Assembly: GCA_034679225.1 (NCBI GenBank)
Contig: JAXDBC010000017.1
Location: 9,565 to 73,564, forward strand
From: Bacteroidales bacterium
GTDB lineage: Bacteria > Bacteroidota > Bacteroidia > Bacteroidales > VadinHA17
Direction: 5' to 3'
Length of the DNA: 64,000 nucleotides
Shown here piece after piece: positions 45,989 through 55,866 of the stretch; positions within the stretch are counted from its first letter, which is position 1; every line of letters starts with the position of its first letter. The notes beneath the pieces were generated by a model that saw only the letters and a program-made list of their open reading frames with translations, did no database searches and was not told where the DNA came from. The position numbers were made by a program, and so were the translations under genes.

Positions 45989-48142
45989 ATGAAGAAATAT
46001 TTATTGCTTCTTATTGCACTTATTGCAGGAGCGGGCACAAAAGCAGTGCCGGATGAAGGTATGTGGGTTCTTCCACTGATTGAGAAGCTCAATATCGGCA
46101 AAATGACCGAACTCGGGCTTAAACTCTCGGCTGAAGACATTTATAGTATAAACAACGCGAGCATCAAGGATGCCATAGTAATTTTTGGTGGCGGCTGCAC
46201 CGGCGAAATAGTCTCATCGCAGGGGCTTCTGCTAACCAACCATCATTGCGGTTACGGGCAGATTCAGGCTCACAGTACTCTTGAGCATGATTATCTTAAA
46301 AACGGGTTTTGGGCGATGACGCGGGAACAGGAGCTTCCCAATCCGAATCTTGCAGTCACTTTCCTGATCAGCATAGAGGATGTAACCGGCCAGGTGCTTG
46401 CCGGCGTAAAGGACGGGATGAGCGAGAGTGAAAGGACTTCCGCGATCAATGAAGCCCGGAAGACCATTGAGAGCAAAGCGGCTGAAGGAACTCATTACAG
46501 GGCCACGGTCTCATCGTTCTACGGCGGCAATTATTTCTATCTTCTTGTATATGAAAGATACAATGACGTAAGGCTGGTAGGTGCTCCCCCGTCGTCGATA
46601 GGCAAGTTTGGATTCGACAGCGACAACTGGGAATGGCCTCGCCAAACTGGTGATTTCAGCGTGTTCAGGGTTTACTCGGGGCCCGACGGCAAACCGGCTT
46701 CCTATTCTGCCGATAACATTCCCCTAAAGCCGAAACACTGGCTCCCTGTATCGCTGAAAGACCTCAATAAAGGCGATTTTGCAATGATACTCGGGTATCC
46801 CGGCAGAACCCAGAGGTATGCAACATCGTGGGAAGTGGATGAACTTCTGAAGATAACTCACCCGAACAGGATCAAGATCCGCGGTACGCGTCAGGAAATA
46901 TTGATGGCTGATATGCAGGCCGACGAAAAAATTAATATTCAGTATGCTTCAAAGTATTCAGGATCCTCAAACTACTGGAAATATTCCATTGGCCAGAAGG
47001 CAGGGCTTGAAAGACTTAATGTGAAGTCAAAGAAAGAGGAGACTGAAAAACAGTTCAACAGTTGGATCTCGGCAAACCCCGACAAAAAAGCTTTATACGG
47101 TGAAGCTCTGAATCTCATCAGAAAGTCGGTTGAAGGCAGGGCAGAGTTCGCCAATGCACAGCAGTATATAAGCGAATGTTTCTACAACGGTTGTGAGATC
47201 CTCGATCTTGACGCGGTGGCCAATGCGATGATAAGCGCACTGAATACCGGTGACAATAACCAGGTTGCCGACCTTAAAAAAAGGATGAACGATTATATCA
47301 GCTCGTTTTTCAAAGACTATAATGCCCCGACCGACAGGAAGGCAATGAAAGCCATGCTGAAGCTTTACAGGGAAGATGTCCCGGCAAAATTCCATCCCGA
47401 TTTCTACACTTCGGTTGTCGACAGGAAATTCAAGGGCAACATCGACAGGTTTGTTGATGATCTTTTCGAAAGGTCGGTATTTGCCAGTGAGCAAAAGCTT
47501 ATGGCATTCCTTGACAAGCCCTCGCTTAAAGTTCTGGAGAATGATCCGGTTCACCTGACCTCAGCCTCTGTTGACAAGCTCAGCCGCCAGATATCCGGCA
47601 GCCTCTCCGAGTTCGACGACGATCTTACCACCGGGCGCAGGCTGTGGATTGCAGCCCTCAGGGATATGGCTCCGGAAAAGACTCTCTATCCGGATGCCAA
47701 TTCAACTATGAGGCTCACATACGGGACAATAGAGGATTATGATCCCAAGGATGCTGTTACCTATAAATATTATACCACTCTGCAGGGTGTCATCGAAAAA
47801 TACAAACCCGGCGACTATGAGTATGATATTCCGCAGAGGCTTATCGATCTTAACAGGAAGCAGGAATTCGGAAGATATGCTTCATCAAAGGGTTATATGC
47901 CTGTTTGTTTTCTCACCACCAATGATATCACCGGAGGTAATTCGGGAAGTCCGGTGCTGAATGCTCATGGAGAACTGATCGGACTCGCTTTCGACGGCAA
48001 CTGGGAAGCGATGAGCGGCGACCTGGCCTATGAAACAGAATTGCAAAGGACCATTGCCGTGGATATAAGATACGTGCTCTGGATAATGGATGTATACGCG
48101 GGGGCGGGTCATTTGGTAAATGAGATGACTATCAGGGAGTGA
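45989..48142 (+). CDS. S46 family dipeptidyl-peptidase (DPP7/DPP11-like)
   Basis: Signal MKKYLLLLIALIAGAGTKA, catalytic His block LLTNHHCG and Ser block TGGNSGSPVLN. Confidence 0.9.
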   Translation: MKKYLLLLIALIAGAGTKAVPDEGMWVLPLIEKLNIGKMTELGLKLSAEDIYSINNASIKDAIVIFGGGCTGEIVSSQGLLLTNHHCGYGQIQAHSTLEHDYLKNGFWAMTREQELPNPNLAVTFLISIEDVTGQVLAGVKDGMSESERTSAINEARKTIESKAAEGTHYRATVSSFYGGNYFYLLVYERYNDVRLVGAPPSSIGKFGFDSDNWEWPRQTGDFSVFRVYSGPDGKPASYSADNIPLKPKHWLPVSLKDLNKGDFAMILGYPGRTQRYATSWEVDELLKITHPNRIKIRGTRQEILMADMQADEKINIQYASKYSGSSNYWKYSIGQKAGLERLNVKSKKEETEKQFNSWISANPDKKALYGEALNLIRKSVEGRAEFANAQQYISECFYNGCEILDLDAVANAMISALNTGDNNQVADLKKRMNDYISSFFKDYNAPTDRKAMKAMLKLYREDVPAKFHPDFYTSVVDRKFKGNIDRFVDDLFERSVFASEQKLMAFLDKPSLKVLENDPVHLTSASVDKLSRQISGSLSEFDDDLTTGRRLWIAALRDMAPEKTLYPDANSTMRLTYGTIEDYDPKDAVTYKYYTTLQGVIEKYKPGDYEYDIPQRLIDLNRKQEFGRYASSKGYMPVCFLTTNDITGGNSGSPVLNAHGELIGLAFDGNWEAMSGDLAYETELQRTIAVDIRYVLWIMDVYAGAGHLVNEMTIRE

Positions 48143-48194
48143 GGTCCGGATATTCAGATTGCACTCCGGTTAAGGAAATTTAAACTATTACAAC

Positions 48195-48779
48195 ATGGGT
48201 TTCGACTTACGGGAAATACTTGCTGCATTTATGGTGCTTTTTGCCATAATAGACATCACGGGATCGATACCGATTATCCTCGATATAAAAGCCCGGGTCG
48301 GTATTGTTCATCCGATGAGGGTTACTATTGTGTCATTCCTGATCTTATGCGCGTTTCTGTTCATCGGAACACCCCTGCTTGGAATTTTCGGTGTTGACAT
48401 CTATTCTTTTGCCATTGCAGGTTCATTTATCATCTTCCTCATAGCCATGGAGATGATACTTGGAATAGAATTATTCAAGCAGGATGCACACGGGAGCGGT
48501 TCGGTGTTCCCGATAGCGTTCCCGCTTATTGCAGGCGCCGGATCAATAACAACGATCCTTTCGATCAAGGCCGAATACAGCACTATAAACATATTCATAG
48601 CATTGGCGCTTAATATGGTAGTCATCTACTTTGTTTTAAGACTTACCTCCTTGTTTGAAAGGATACTGGGCAAGAGCGGGGTTTCGATCCTCAAAAAAGT
48701 GTTTGGAGTAATACTGCTTTCAATAGCGATTAAGCTTTTTCTATCAAACACGGGCATAACGCTGATCAATGACAGGTGA
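48195..48779 (+). CDS. MarC family (UPF0056) integral membrane protein
   Basis: 194 aa with six hydrophobic segments and the typical MarC-length architecture. Confidence 0.8.
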   Translation: MGFDLREILAAFMVLFAIIDITGSIPIILDIKARVGIVHPMRVTIVSFLILCAFLFIGTPLLGIFGVDIYSFAIAGSFIIFLIAMEMILGIELFKQDAHGSGSVFPIAFPLIAGAGSITTILSIKAEYSTINIFIALALNMVVIYFVLRLTSLFERILGKSGVSILKKVFGVILLSIAIKLFLSNTGITLINDR

Positions 48780-49272
48780 GATAACAATCTACACCGACGG
48801 CGCTGCAAGCGGGAACCCCGGACCCGGAGGTTACGGTGTGGTTCTGATTTGCGGCAAACACAGGCTTGAGAAGTCTGAAGGATTCAGGCTGACCACCAAC
48901 AACAGGATGGAATTGATGGCTGTGATCGTGGGACTTGAAGCGCTGAAGATCCCCGGGAGCAGGGTGGTAATTTATACCGACTCGAAGTATGTGGCAGACT
49001 CGGTTGAAAAAGGATGGGTGTTCCGTTGGGAAGCAAATGGTTTCAAAAAGAAGAAAAATCCTGATCTCTGGATCAGGTTCCTGCGTGTCTACAGAAAGCA
49101 TAATGTAAGATTCATCTGGATAAAGGGGCACGCCAGCAATCCTGAGAATGAACTCTGCGACCGGCTTGCCGTGGAGGCAGGGAAGGGGAAGCAGCTGAGT
49201 GAGGACAGCGGTTATAATCCTGAAGAAAACGAAAATGATCTGTTCGGAGCACAAGTGGGTTCACCGGCCTGA
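48769..49272 (+). CDS. rnhA: Ribonuclease HI
   Basis: ITIYTDGAASGNPGPGGYG, NNRMELMA, YTDSKYV and NELCDRLA catalytic blocks. It overlaps marC by 11 nt. Confidence 0.9.
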   Translation: MTGEITIYTDGAASGNPGPGGYGVVLICGKHRLEKSEGFRLTTNNRMELMAVIVGLEALKIPGSRVVIYTDSKYVADSVEKGWVFRWEANGFKKKKNPDLWIRFLRVYRKHNVRFIWIKGHASNPENELCDRLAVEAGKGKQLSEDSGYNPEENENDLFGAQVGSPA

Positions 49273-49302
49273 GAGGGTTACCATTTAGATCAAAATCATA
49301 TT

Positions 49303-49800
49303 ATGAAGAAAGGCCAGAAAGAACTTTATGAAACGCTGGAGAAGCTTGAAATAAGCTTTGATTATCATGAACATCCTCCGCTCAATACCATTGAGGATGC
49401 CATTGTTCACTGGAAGGATTTCAATTCAGGCAGGTGCAAGAATATCTTCTTCAGGAATCACAAGGGCAACAGGCATTATCTTGTTATCCTTGAGCACCTG
49501 CGCCAGCTCAACATACATGATCTTGAGAAGCGTCTCAGGCAGGGAAAGCTGACCTTTGCCTCCGACAAGCGTCTTATGAGGTACCTGGGCGTAGAACCCG
49601 GATCTGTCAGTCCGTTTGGCCTGATCAACGACACTGAAAATCATGTTCATCTTTTCATTGATGAACATCTCGGCGATTATGAAAGGCTGGCTTTTCACCC
49701 GAATGTAAATACAGCTTCACTGGTGATTTCGAAGACTGACTTTATAAGATTCCTCGAATTCACCGGTAACTCTTACGAGTTCATAAAGCTGTACGACTGA
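49303..49800 (+). CDS. YbaK/ProX-type prolyl-tRNA synthetase-associated (aminoacyl-tRNA deacylase) domain protein
   Basis: 165 aa. The CKNIFFRNHKGNRHYLV and GVEPGSVSPFG pattern is typical of the family. Confidence 0.7.
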   Translation: MKKGQKELYETLEKLEISFDYHEHPPLNTIEDAIVHWKDFNSGRCKNIFFRNHKGNRHYLVILEHLRQLNIHDLEKRLRQGKLTFASDKRLMRYLGVEPGSVSPFGLINDTENHVHLFIDEHLGDYERLAFHPNVNTASLVISKTDFIRFLEFTGNSYEFIKLYD

Positions 49801-49810
49801 CAGGCTTGTC

Positions 49811-50617
49811 CTATTTTTTATAAACCGGCTGCTTCCATTCTTCCATGGGCTCATACTTGCTCATGGATGCCCACAGTATCCCCCGTTTCTGGATCTCGAG
49901 AGCCTGAGGCACATTAAAGTCGGATGCAACGTGTCCCAGTGAGGAATAGAAAACCCTTCCCTTTCCATAAACCTTTTTCCAGACTACCGGCACTACGTTC
50001 CCTCCTATCCAGTTGGAGTGCTTGTCGGTGAAGGTAGTGGTTGCAAGCACTTTGACATTTGGATCCACATGAACGTAATACTGTTCCGAGTGCATGTCAA
50101 AATCCTCAAGTCCCTTCGTCACAGGGTCTTCATGGTCGGTAACGTTAACCCGGTAGTCAATCACTCCTCCGGGATGCGCCACCCATTGTCCTCCCACCAT
50201 GAACTGGTATTCGGTGTTGTTCCTGAATGAGTCGCCGGTTCCTCCATGCCACCCGGCAATACCCGTACCTGCCCTGACTGCTTCAAGAAGGGCCCTTTCC
50301 TGGTCGTTTTTGATGGTACCCATGGTCCATGCCTGAACGATAAGGTCAAAATCATTCTTGAGGTCGAACTGGGTATAGGAATCTAGTGTATCCGAAACCA
50401 CTAGCTCCGCTCCTTCCGATTTCATCCATGGGACAAAGATGTCGCGGCATTTGTCGGGTTCATGACCCATCCATCCGCCCCAGACGTAAAGAACCTTCTT
50501 TCCTTTCAATACCGATGCGGGAGGTTCAGGGATATTTCTTCCCATAACTTCGGGAATTATCATTGCTCCGGCTGCCAGAGCCGCGCCTTTTGAAATAAAT
50601 GATCTTCGTGATATCAT
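49811..50617 (-). CDS. ThuA domain protein with Tat-type signal
   Basis: N-terminal MISRRSFISKGAALAAGA, followed by ThuA-like class-I glutamine-amidotransferase-fold blocks (KVLYVWGGWMGHEP). Confidence 0.75.
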   Translation of the reverse strand: MISRRSFISKGAALAAGAMIIPEVMGRNIPEPPASVLKGKKVLYVWGGWMGHEPDKCRDIFVPWMKSEGAELVVSDTLDSYTQFDLKNDFDLIVQAWTMGTIKNDQERALLEAVRAGTGIAGWHGGTGDSFRNNTEYQFMVGGQWVAHPGGVIDYRVNVTDHEDPVTKGLEDFDMHSEQYYVHVDPNVKVLATTTFTDKHSNWIGGNVVPVVWKKVYGKGRVFYSSLGHVASDFNVPQALEIQKRGILWASMSKYEPMEEWKQPVYKK

Positions 50618-50823
50618 AATCTTGTATTTTCATCTAAGATAATAATATTATTCTCCTAATATCTCAATGAATCAATAAAAGCCTGTAAAATCACTATATT
50701 CCGGCATTACGACAGGATTAGCGAAGAGTTTTTCTATTTAAAATCATTCTTGATAACACCAAATCTGAATCAAATGGTTTTTTTCATCGTCTTTAATTCG
50801 GACTATGAAAAGACTATTTACAT

Positions 50824-53478
50824 ATGAGAACCATTTGCCTGTATTTTATAGCTTTGCTGATTATAAGCCCGGTTGTAAGCGGACAGACGACCGGGAAGAA
50901 GCGATACACTGCAACAAGAATTTCATCATCTCTTTCCATCGACGGGATTCTTGACGATGAAGCCTGGAAGGAGGGTGTCTGGAATGACGATTTCACTCAG
51001 TATGAGCCTTATAATGGAGCAAAAGCCTCGCAGCGTACCGAGTTCAAGATCCTGTTTGACGATAACAATATATATGTTGCTTTCAAGGCTCTCGACAGCA
51101 GTCCCGACAGTATTGTCAACCGGCTGACAAGGCGTGATGAAGCAGACGGCGATCTTGTAGCCATTATCTTCGACAGCTTCCATGATCTCCGCACCGGCTT
51201 TCTTTTCGGCATCACGTCGAGCGGTGTGAAATATGACGTGATGTACAGTGACGACGGCAACATGGAGGACTCCTCATGGGATCCGAACTGGTGGGGAAAA
51301 ACTTCGATAAACAGTGAAGGCTGGACGGCAGAGTTGAAAATACCCTTCAGCCAGGTGAGGTTTGAGAAGAACTCAGGTGATATCTGGGGACTGGAGCTAA
51401 CCCGCCTTCTGTACCGGAAGAATGAAATGTCGTTCTGGCAGCATATTCCAAAGGATGCACCCGGACTTGTTCACATGTTCGGAGAGCTTGCCGGGCTGGA
51501 GCAGATAAAACCCAGGAAGATATTCGATATCACCCCTTATGGGGTTACCAGGCTTGAAAGTTTCAAGGCAGAACCGGGCAATCCCTATCGTGATAAAGGC
51601 AGGAGATACGGACTGAACGGAGGTATCGACGCCAAGATCGGGGTGACCAACAATATGACCATGGATCTGACTATCAACCCCGACTTCGGTCAGGTTGAAG
51701 CAGACCCGTCGGAAGTTAACCTTTCCGCCTATGAGACTTTCTTCAGCGAAAGGAGGCCCTTCTTCATCGAGGGAAACAACATAACGACTTTCAGCATAGG
51801 CATCGGCAACGGTGATATCGGAAATGACAATCTCCTCTACACTAGAAGGATAGGTCGCAGACCCCAGGGATATCCTGAGCTGAGCGACGGAAAGTATGCC
51901 GATGTTCCGAATTTCACCACCATCATTGGGGCGGCAAAACTCACCGGAAAGACAAAAGACGGCCTTTCTCTGGGCTTTATCGAAGCAGTCACCAGCGAGG
52001 AAAAGGCTGAGATCGACAACAATGGTGAAAAATCGTACGAGACGGTGGAGCCTCTTACCAACTATATGGTGGGAAGGGTTCAGAAAGACTTCAACGAGGG
52101 AAAAACCATCGTGGGAGCGATTTTCACGGGAACCAGCCGCGACCTGGATGAGAATCTCGATGACTTTATGCATAAGTCAGCTTATTCCGGAGGAATTGAC
52201 TTCACTCAGTACTTCAAGGACAAAAAATGGATGTTCAATGTCAATACGGCACTCAGCAAGGTTAGCGGTACAACTGATGCACTGGAGCGTACGCAGAAAT
52301 CATCGGCCAGGTATTTCCAGAGGCCCGACAAGGATTACGCGGTTTACGATCCGTCCCGCACATCCCTTTCCGGAGCCGGCGGAAGAGTACAGATCGGAAA
52401 ACTTAATGGTCACTTTAATACAATGGCTGTCGTTTTATGGAAAACCCCCGGATTTGAGATCAACGATCTGGGATACCTTCAGCAGGCTGACAGAATTATG
52501 CCCTTGCTATGGGTGGGTTACAGTCAGTGGGAGCCAAAGGGTATCTATCGCAGCTACAATATAAACTCAGATGCCTGGACACTCTATAACTTCGGAGGAG
52601 TGAGAGTGCAGACCGGACTTGAAACAAACGCGAGTATGAACTTCAAAAATTACTGGAATGCCTGGATCTACGGAAGCATCCAGACAAACGCCCGCGACGC
52701 CTCTCTTCTTAGAGGAGGTCCGACAATGATCACTCCCGGACGAATGTCTGTCAACACAGGCTTCTCTACCGACAGCAGGAAAAAACTGCAACTTCAATTT
52801 TACGGGAGTTACAATAAGGGCTTTGAAAACAACCTTGAAAACATGTCGTTCGGCACTGGTCTCTCCTGTAAACCGACAAATTACATCAGTATCTCACTTA
52901 ATCCCGGTTACTCTTCATCTTTTACGGAGCTTCAATATGTAAGCGAAAAAAAGATGGGCAACAAGCCCAGGTACGTTTTCGCGAGCATCGACCGGAAAAC
53001 GATAAATACCTCGCTGAGGGTCAATCTTAACGTGAGCCCTGACCTTACAATCCAGTACTGGGGCCAGCCATTCATTGCATCAGGCAGATACTACGATTAC
53101 AAGTATATTACCGATCCGATGGCCGGCAGATTCAACGACAGGTTCCATACCTACACTGCAGCAGAAATGAACAGGCTGGACAAATCAGTCGAAATTGACG
53201 AAAACCTTGACGGGATTGTCGATTATTCATTTAACGCCGGTGACTTCAACGTTCAGGAATTCCTGTCCAACCTTGTCGTGAGGTGGGAATATTCACCCGG
53301 TTCTTCCCTGTACCTGGTATGGAGCCAGACAAGAAGCGGATTCAATCCTTCAGGACGAATGGATTACCTTGACAACATGGGCAAGCTGTTCGACCGGAAT
53401 CTTTTCCGGGATAATGATGATTACAGTCTTGGAAATATATTCCTGGTAAAACTCAGCTACAGGTTCGGTCTAAACTAA
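50824..53478 (+). CDS. DUF5916 / carbohydrate-binding family 9-like outer membrane protein
   Basis: 884 aa with a signal peptide and a CBM9-like N-domain (SIDGILDDEAWKEG). A long beta-rich C-terminal region ends LSYRFGLN. Confidence 0.7.
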   Translation: MRTICLYFIALLIISPVVSGQTTGKKRYTATRISSSLSIDGILDDEAWKEGVWNDDFTQYEPYNGAKASQRTEFKILFDDNNIYVAFKALDSSPDSIVNRLTRRDEADGDLVAIIFDSFHDLRTGFLFGITSSGVKYDVMYSDDGNMEDSSWDPNWWGKTSINSEGWTAELKIPFSQVRFEKNSGDIWGLELTRLLYRKNEMSFWQHIPKDAPGLVHMFGELAGLEQIKPRKIFDITPYGVTRLESFKAEPGNPYRDKGRRYGLNGGIDAKIGVTNNMTMDLTINPDFGQVEADPSEVNLSAYETFFSERRPFFIEGNNITTFSIGIGNGDIGNDNLLYTRRIGRRPQGYPELSDGKYADVPNFTTIIGAAKLTGKTKDGLSLGFIEAVTSEEKAEIDNNGEKSYETVEPLTNYMVGRVQKDFNEGKTIVGAIFTGTSRDLDENLDDFMHKSAYSGGIDFTQYFKDKKWMFNVNTALSKVSGTTDALERTQKSSARYFQRPDKDYAVYDPSRTSLSGAGGRVQIGKLNGHFNTMAVVLWKTPGFEINDLGYLQQADRIMPLLWVGYSQWEPKGIYRSYNINSDAWTLYNFGGVRVQTGLETNASMNFKNYWNAWIYGSIQTNARDASLLRGGPTMITPGRMSVNTGFSTDSRKKLQLQFYGSYNKGFENNLENMSFGTGLSCKPTNYISISLNPGYSSSFTELQYVSEKKMGNKPRYVFASIDRKTINTSLRVNLNVSPDLTIQYWGQPFIASGRYYDYKYITDPMAGRFNDRFHTYTAAEMNRLDKSVEIDENLDGIVDYSFNAGDFNVQEFLSNLVVRWEYSPGSSLYLVWSQTRSGFNPSGRMDYLDNMGKLFDRNLFRDNDDYSLGNIFLVKLSYRFGLN

Positions 53479-53502
53479 AAACCCGTTCCCGGGAATCTCT
53501 TC

Positions 53503-54642
53503 TTAAATCTTCATTATTCCAAGCCCGGGCTTATCAGGCAGGGCAACTTTACCATCAACAACATTAAGTCCTCCGAAAGGATCATTGCTTATCAGGAGAT
53601 TCCCGTCGAGGTCGCACCAGTCGACCAATGGTGAAAGCTGGGCAGCGGCCGAAATGGCACATGAAGTCTCGGTCATGCATCCTATCATCACCTTCATTCC
53701 AAAGGCCCTTGCTATATTGATCATTTTCATCGCGTTATTCATGCCGCCGCATTTCATCAACTTTATATTGATACCGGAATATACCTCCCGGTTACTAATC
53801 AGCTCGGGGATATTCCTTACTGCCTCATCTCCTATTATCGGGATAGGACTCTCTCTGCTAAGCCAGGCATTGTCGTCCTTCATTTCCTTCGGCAAGGGCT
53901 GTTCGAGGAAGACCACTCCTTTTTCCTTCAGCCACCATGCCATTTCCAGAGCATGATTTCTATCCTTCCATCCCTGGTTTACATCGGCACAAAGAGGCTT
54001 GTCGGTCAAAGACCTTATTACCTCAATCATCTCCCTGTCATTATCCCTTCCAAGCTTGACCTTTAGCAGCTTATACGGCTCTGCTTCAAGCACTTTCTGT
54101 CTGATCACCTCAGGAGTGTCCAGTCCGATGGTAAAGCTGGTCAGGGGAGCCCTGGCCGGATTCAGTCCGAACAGCCTGTAAAAAGGTTCCCCCACCAGTT
54201 TTCCAATCAGGTCGTGAAGTGCAATGTCGACCGATGCCTTGGCGGCAGGATTCCCGGGCATCAGGTTTTCAACATATTCAAGTATGTCAACCAGCATAAA
54301 GGGATCACTGAACTGAGCGAGGTCGAGACGTGAAAGAAAGGCGGAAACCGACTCATGGCTCTCCCCGAGGTATGGAGGCATGGAGGCTTCTCCGTATCCC
54401 GTCACTCCATCATATTCAATTTCAGTGAGTACTACCGGGGTTGTTGTCCTGGAACTTGTCGCCAAAGTGAAAACATGTTTTAGCTGAAGTGTGTAGGGAG
54501 TGAACCTGAGTGTAAGCCTCCCGCTTCTTTTTCTTTTTCCCCTGCCGGTGGTAAATAAAGGCATAGCAGCTTCTGCCTGAGTGCCTATCATTGTACCCCC
54601 GATCAGGCAGGTACTGTATTTTAAGAATTCTCTTTTGTTCAT
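53503..54642 (-). CDS. Dipeptide (L-Ala-D/L-Glu-type) epimerase, enolase superfamily, with export signal
   Basis: MLE/epimerase subgroup features: KVKLG, metal-ligand D/E/D positions (CADVNQGW, FLEQP, GDEAV) and KLMKCGG. The N-terminus MNKREFLKYSTCLIGGTMIGTQAEA looks Tat- or Sec-like. Confidence 0.8.
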   Translation of the reverse strand: MNKREFLKYSTCLIGGTMIGTQAEAAMPLFTTGRGKRKRSGRLTLRFTPYTLQLKHVFTLATSSRTTTPVVLTEIEYDGVTGYGEASMPPYLGESHESVSAFLSRLDLAQFSDPFMLVDILEYVENLMPGNPAAKASVDIALHDLIGKLVGEPFYRLFGLNPARAPLTSFTIGLDTPEVIRQKVLEAEPYKLLKVKLGRDNDREMIEVIRSLTDKPLCADVNQGWKDRNHALEMAWWLKEKGVVFLEQPLPKEMKDDNAWLSRESPIPIIGDEAVRNIPELISNREVYSGINIKLMKCGGMNNAMKMINIARAFGMKVMIGCMTETSCAISAAAQLSPLVDWCDLDGNLLISNDPFGGLNVVDGKVALPDKPGLGIMKI

Positions 54643-54660
54643 TTTATGATTTCATAAAAG

Positions 54661-55866
54661 CTAAAAATACCAATCGTGTTGGAGCAGGGGCATGGCTCCC
54701 TTCCCGGCGGGTGTTCCAATCATCCTTCTGGCACCCAGGTAGGAATCCCGTCGCGGCCTGCTGTAATTAAGCTTCGTGGAGTCGAGGCTGTTGACTTTGA
54801 CCATTCCTGCACAATGAATGAATTCCCCGTTGCCGATGTACATCCCGACATGGCTTGCCCTTGGGCGTCCGCGCCGTGATGAACCGAAGAACATCAGATC
54901 GCCTGCCATCAGCGAATCGGGGAATGACTCCCTTCGGGCCCTTATCCTTAATCCGTTCTGAAACTGCTGTGATGCATCGCGGTCGAGTATCAACCCGTTG
55001 AGGAAATAAACCGTTTTGACAAAGCCGCTGCAGTCAAAGCCCTTCGCGGATGTTCCTCCCCACAGGTAGGGGATTCCCATGAACGACTCAGCCGACGAAA
55101 CAAGATTTTCCGGTGTCAGCAGATCTCCGGCTGACAGTTTATCAAGAGGGACGGCCGCATCTGCCGGGATAAATCCCGTCCGGCCGTCGGGGAGCCTGAC
55201 ATCAAAGCCTCCGCTTCCCCTTCCGGTTATCTCCAGAATACATCCTGCCACAAAATCGGAAACCGGTTTTTCCTTCGCGCGGCCTGACCAGATATCACCG
55301 GTTTTAGCCGTGCAGCTTAGCCTTTCGGATGATTTCCACAAATTGTGTTCATCTATGGTTAAAACCGTTATTGCATCACTATCAACCCATCCGAGGTACA
55401 TATCGGGCGTCTGAACAAGCAGCCATCCGCCTTTTTGTTTAAATATCTTCACGGGAGTGCCCATCAGGGCCTGGCTTACCATTTCAGCATCATAGGAGGA
55501 GATAAACCTGATATTGCACACGCTGACCTTAACCAGCCCCCAGGGATTTGCCTGCAATCCGGGCTCCGGAAGTACTGAAAGGCTGTCGAGAAAAACAACT
55601 CCCTTTTGTCTGAGAATACCGCTTATTACCTCTTTCGCTTCGGGAACCGTCGTTTCGCCCTTAAGTACTGATCCCGACTCAGATGACGTGAAGCGGACAT
55701 CGAAAATCCCTTCCCTGAGATCAGGCACCCAGACTATTCCCACAGAATCGATAAGGTGGTTAATATCAGCAACCGCGCTTTCCTCGCGGGCGCACCCTGT
55801 TGTTATAAAAATAACAATGAATATGAATAAAGCACCTGACCAGGTTTTATGCTGTGTTTGTCTCAT
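54661..55866 (-). CDS. C40 (NlpC/P60) peptidase lipoprotein with SH3-like domains
   Basis: Lipobox FITTGC, catalytic GFDCSGFVKTVY and SHVGMYIGNGEFIH. The N-terminal two thirds are SH3b-like. Confidence 0.85.
   Translation of the reverse strand: MRQTQHKTWSGALFIFIVIFITTGCAREESAVADINHLIDSVGIVWVPDLREGIFDVRFTSSESGSVLKGETTVPEAKEVISGILRQKGVVFLDSLSVLPEPGLQANPWGLVKVSVCNIRFISSYDAEMVSQALMGTPVKIFKQKGGWLLVQTPDMYLGWVDSDAITVLTIDEHNLWKSSERLSCTAKTGDIWSGRAKEKPVSDFVAGCILEITGRGSGGFDVRLPDGRTGFIPADAAVPLDKLSAGDLLTPENLVSSAESFMGIPYLWGGTSAKGFDCSGFVKTVYFLNGLILDRDASQQFQNGLRIRARRESFPDSLMAGDLMFFGSSRRGRPRASHVGMYIGNGEFIHCAGMVKVNSLDSTKLNYSRPRRDSYLGARRMIGTPAGKGAMPLLQHDWYF

Noticed and set aside
51397-52564. 258-aa - strand and 222-aa + strand alternative-frame ORFs inside the DUF5916 gene
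   Set aside because: Both lie inside an 884-aa ORF that has a signal peptide and coherent domain features. The alternatives are Arg/Ser-rich with no motifs.
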